Shown here piece after piece: positions 60,821 to 64,000 of a DNA stretch of 64,000 bases. Each line of letters starts with the position of its first letter. The stretch's first letter is position 1. Origin of the DNA: Trichinella spiralis (lineage: Eukaryota); contig NW_003526944.1 in the NCBI RefSeq assembly GCF_000181795.1, forward strand, positions 3,065,584-3,129,583, given 5' to 3'. The translations under genes and the position numbers were made by a program. The notes under the pieces were generated by a model that worked only from the letters and a program-made list of their open reading frames with translations, was not told where the DNA came from and did no database searches.

Positions 60821-63800
60821 GCGTTTCTTTCTAATTTCTTTTCAACATTCTTCACTTTCACTTTCGCTTTCGCTTTCTCTGACAAGCCGACCCTAAAAAC
60901 AGGATGCACACTAGGCAAGAGGCAGGCGGCTTGCGTTATCATCACACCATCGACCGAAAAAAGATTGCAATCACAAAAACATCTTTCCTTTACCTGCGCA
61001 TACTTTATTATTTTGCAACACAATCATTGTGCATGGGCGGGGATATATATATGTATATATTTCTCTTTTTTGTTATGCTTCTGTTGAGCGAAAACAAAAA
61101 TTTGTGCACATCAAACACACACACACACACACCCATCTATATCTGTATATCGATACGAACTTCAGTGATAAACTAATCGTTTAATTTCCTTGTTTTTTGA
61201 ATTGATTACAAGAAGCTTGATTGTGCTTGATCAGACAACAATTGTTGTGTTTGACTTTTTGACTTACTGTTTTCGTTTTCTTCAAATTAACTTTATTATG
61301 CATGCTGAGAGAAGGTATCATCAGCACGTTACAACTTCTCAACCGAGCCAATTTGAGATATGTTGATTGGCTTCATCATTTTTAACCGTTTATGTCATTG
61401 TAATACAACAACAATGAGCAAGCATGACAGTGGAATAAGTTGCAATTTTTGCAGTTGATCCATTTTTTCGATTGTTTTCCATGTAATCTTTTGACCGACC
61501 TTTGAATCTTTTTGAACAACAAAACAATGGAACAATGAATTTTTGTATTTAATCCCCAAAGTCATTAAAAATAATGTCATAATATTGTACTAAATAATGC
61601 AATAAATACCATAACAATGTATTTTTATAAACTAATTATTTGAATGGAATTCTTTGTTCTTTTTTTTTTGAATATAGTAAAGTGAGCAAGTTGATGATTT
61701 TGCATACATATTTTGGCATTATATAGTATTTGAGCGTCTTATTTTCTTTGTATTTTTTCTACTTGTTTTCTTTTTTAATTGTAAAAGTTTTCATTTCTAT
61801 TATTATATTAATCAAGTAAGTTATTTTATTTAAGCAGAATTCACCATGTTTTAATAGTGAGTAATGTCATCTGTGCAGAGGTAGTTGTTCGATTAAATAC
61901 AGATCGCTGTATGTAAATTAGGGGTTTTCTTCAACTGTAAAATTGAAAAGTTGAAATTTAATTACCACAAGCAGATGAAGCAAGCACAGGCTTAAACGCG
62001 TGTTGGTATAAGAATTTATGCTTTTTCGTCAAAATATCTGTTCAGAAGAGGGCTTTTTTTAAAAATATACTTAAGTTGAAAGTAAATTTAAAGTGCCGTT
62101 TGTCGAAGTGCTTCGAATGATAAATTACATGAAATTACATAGTAGCTGTTTTGCATGAGTGAGGCTGTGACTTCTATTTGTCAAAAGTGTGTGTGTGTGT
62201 GTGTCTAATGATCCGTGTCAGACAAAATTTTACTTCTTAATTTATGTCAGCTTTCATCAGCTTTCCGCTGTTCAATTGCAGTATGATCTTTCAACAACTA
62301 TATAGTTGTTGTAAGTGAAAAATAATAAAGGTTGTATTTAAGCTGCAGTTTTGTTTTTCAAGTATAATTTGTAATAATTATCGACTATAATTAGTTTTTT
62401 TTGGGTTTCAAAAAATTATTTCGAAAAATATGAATATTAATATTTAAAGTAAAAGAGTCACCTTTTCCGGTTGTGAAGTGCATCAGCTTGAAAAATAAAT
62501 TGAATGCTTATGTGTTAATAGCAAAATTCCAGTTTTTAATCGGTCATTTACTGTTTGCTACTATTTATTATTGCTGTGTGTATAAATAAATTAATAAATA
62601 AGTCTCCTTTGTTGGTAACTAGATGCTAATAAGAAGACCAGTGACAGTTTGTTGTTTCCAAACAAACGATAATATAATTATTAATAATTTCATTTTTGTA
62701 TTTAAATTTTGAATATGAATTTGTTGGTTGTAGAGTTGAGTTCTGGTTATTAGCTAACAATAGTCGATTAGTAGTAGTAAATGGGGAAAGTGAGCTGCTG
62801 TTGTGTGCTGTGACTTGATTGAATGAACAATGAGAAAAATGTGCTTTCTCTTTTGTACTCATGGCCGTGGTCGGTATGTTTTCTGTAGGCCTAGATTGGT
62901 GAAAATGGTGGGCATTTTGCTCTGCAAACTGTATGAACCGTATAAACGATTGTATAGTTGTCAAAGTGTCAGTTTTTATTGCACATCGGCGGCGGCACTT
63001 GGAGATGCGTCCGCGTTGTACATGAGTGACTTTTCTTTTTACTTTACTTAAACCGGCTGGCGACGTGTCAACTGGTAATAATAATGTGGAATGGAACGAA
63101 AAATGGACTCGTCTATCGAGATGCATTATTTATTATTGATCGGTGGAGAATCGTGTCAAGCAACGACGTTGGGCCAGGGCTATACTAGCTTCGACATGCC
63201 GACGGCCTGGGTTGTAAACTTGTCTTGTTTTCTCTGCTTGCTTGCTTGCATGCTTACCGTTCTCTTCCCCCTCCTCGCCCTTTTACAGCCGCATTCCTGC
63301 GGCGGGGCCAGCTAGCTAATTCTTGTCTGTTATCTTGTCGTCAGACTGTATTCTTCTTGCTCGTCAACTGTCGCCAATGTCGACTAGCCAATTAGCCTGT
63401 CAGTCGGTCATTAGTAGTGGTAGTGGTAGTAGTAGTAGTAGTAGTAATGGTGGTGCAGTTGTAAAATGCCTCCCTTTAGAGAGGTTTTTGACGGTCTCCC
63501 ATTTTCCCGTCCCCTCGTATGATCGATTGCCATACACCCACGGCGCCTGAGCTCAATATCTCGTTTTCTGTTGCGCATATGACCGAATTTGACCGCTGTC
63601 TCTTTATCAACGCTGTTTGCTGCTGCTGCTGCTCGCTTTATCGATATTTCGCCTAATTGGTCCATTTCACGGCTCTGTTGACGGGAAAGTGCCGCCGACA
63701 AGCGGTATCTTTCTCTCTTCTCATTTTAATATATCATCTGATGACCCAAAATAACGGGAGGCAGACTTGTGTTATTTCATTTTTTATATTTGTTTTTTTT

Positions 63801-63900
63801 ACCTTTCTTGTTCATATCTTTCGTTTCTGCATGCCTGCACACAACAGAGTTGAGTAAACATTTTTTTCAGATTATTTTATTACCAAATTCAGTCTCTTTG

Positions 63901-63927
63901 TACAGATACAGATACAGATACAGATAC
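63901..63927. repeat. (TACAGA)n hexamer repeat
   Basis: About 4.5 perfect units. Confidence 0.85.
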
Positions 63928-64000
63928 ACACGCATACAGCACATAGATTGACTGGTGGTCAAGGTTTATTATATTTTTTTCAATTTTCTATTTTTTTATA

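Noticed and set aside
63901..63927. Tandem AGATA cores as GATA binding sites
   Set aside because: Units read AGATAC, not WGATAR; a simple microsatellite explains them.
1..64000. CRISPR arrays, transposases, tRNA/rRNA or prokaryotic systems
   Set aside because: No repeat-spacer periodicity, long terminal repeats, RT/transposase motifs or cloverleaf sequences seen by eye. Most remaining short ORFs are low-complexity AT-rich noise.

Overview
AT-rich eukaryotic DNA with short (about 45-80 nt) GT-AG introns and a cuticle collagen, so a nematode. Relaxed acceptors, many microsatellites and vertebrate-like transcription factors suggest clade I (Trichinella-like); this is inference. I spliced nine protein-coding genes by hand. 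Six are packed into the first 8.3 kb: a cuticle collagen (+), a secreted Cys-rich protein (-), two divergent LC8-type dynein light chains (-) flanking an OST-alpha-like membrane protein (+), and a BORCS6-like coiled-coil protein (-). The rest is gene-poor and holds a ONECUT CUT-homeodomain gene (+), a complete LDLR/RME-2-type receptor (-) and a two-finger GATA1/2/3 (elt-1-like) gene (+) that runs off the window, with long non-coding tracts containing GC-richer islands. I saw no tRNA, rRNA, CRISPR array or transposase. I cannot demonstrate a new biological system. The best leads are a possible trafficking gene cluster/operon, an LDLR tail lacking canonical NPxY, an orphan secreted protein, a miR-36-seed hairpin and GATA autoregulatory elements. 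All homology calls come from motif recognition, not database searches.
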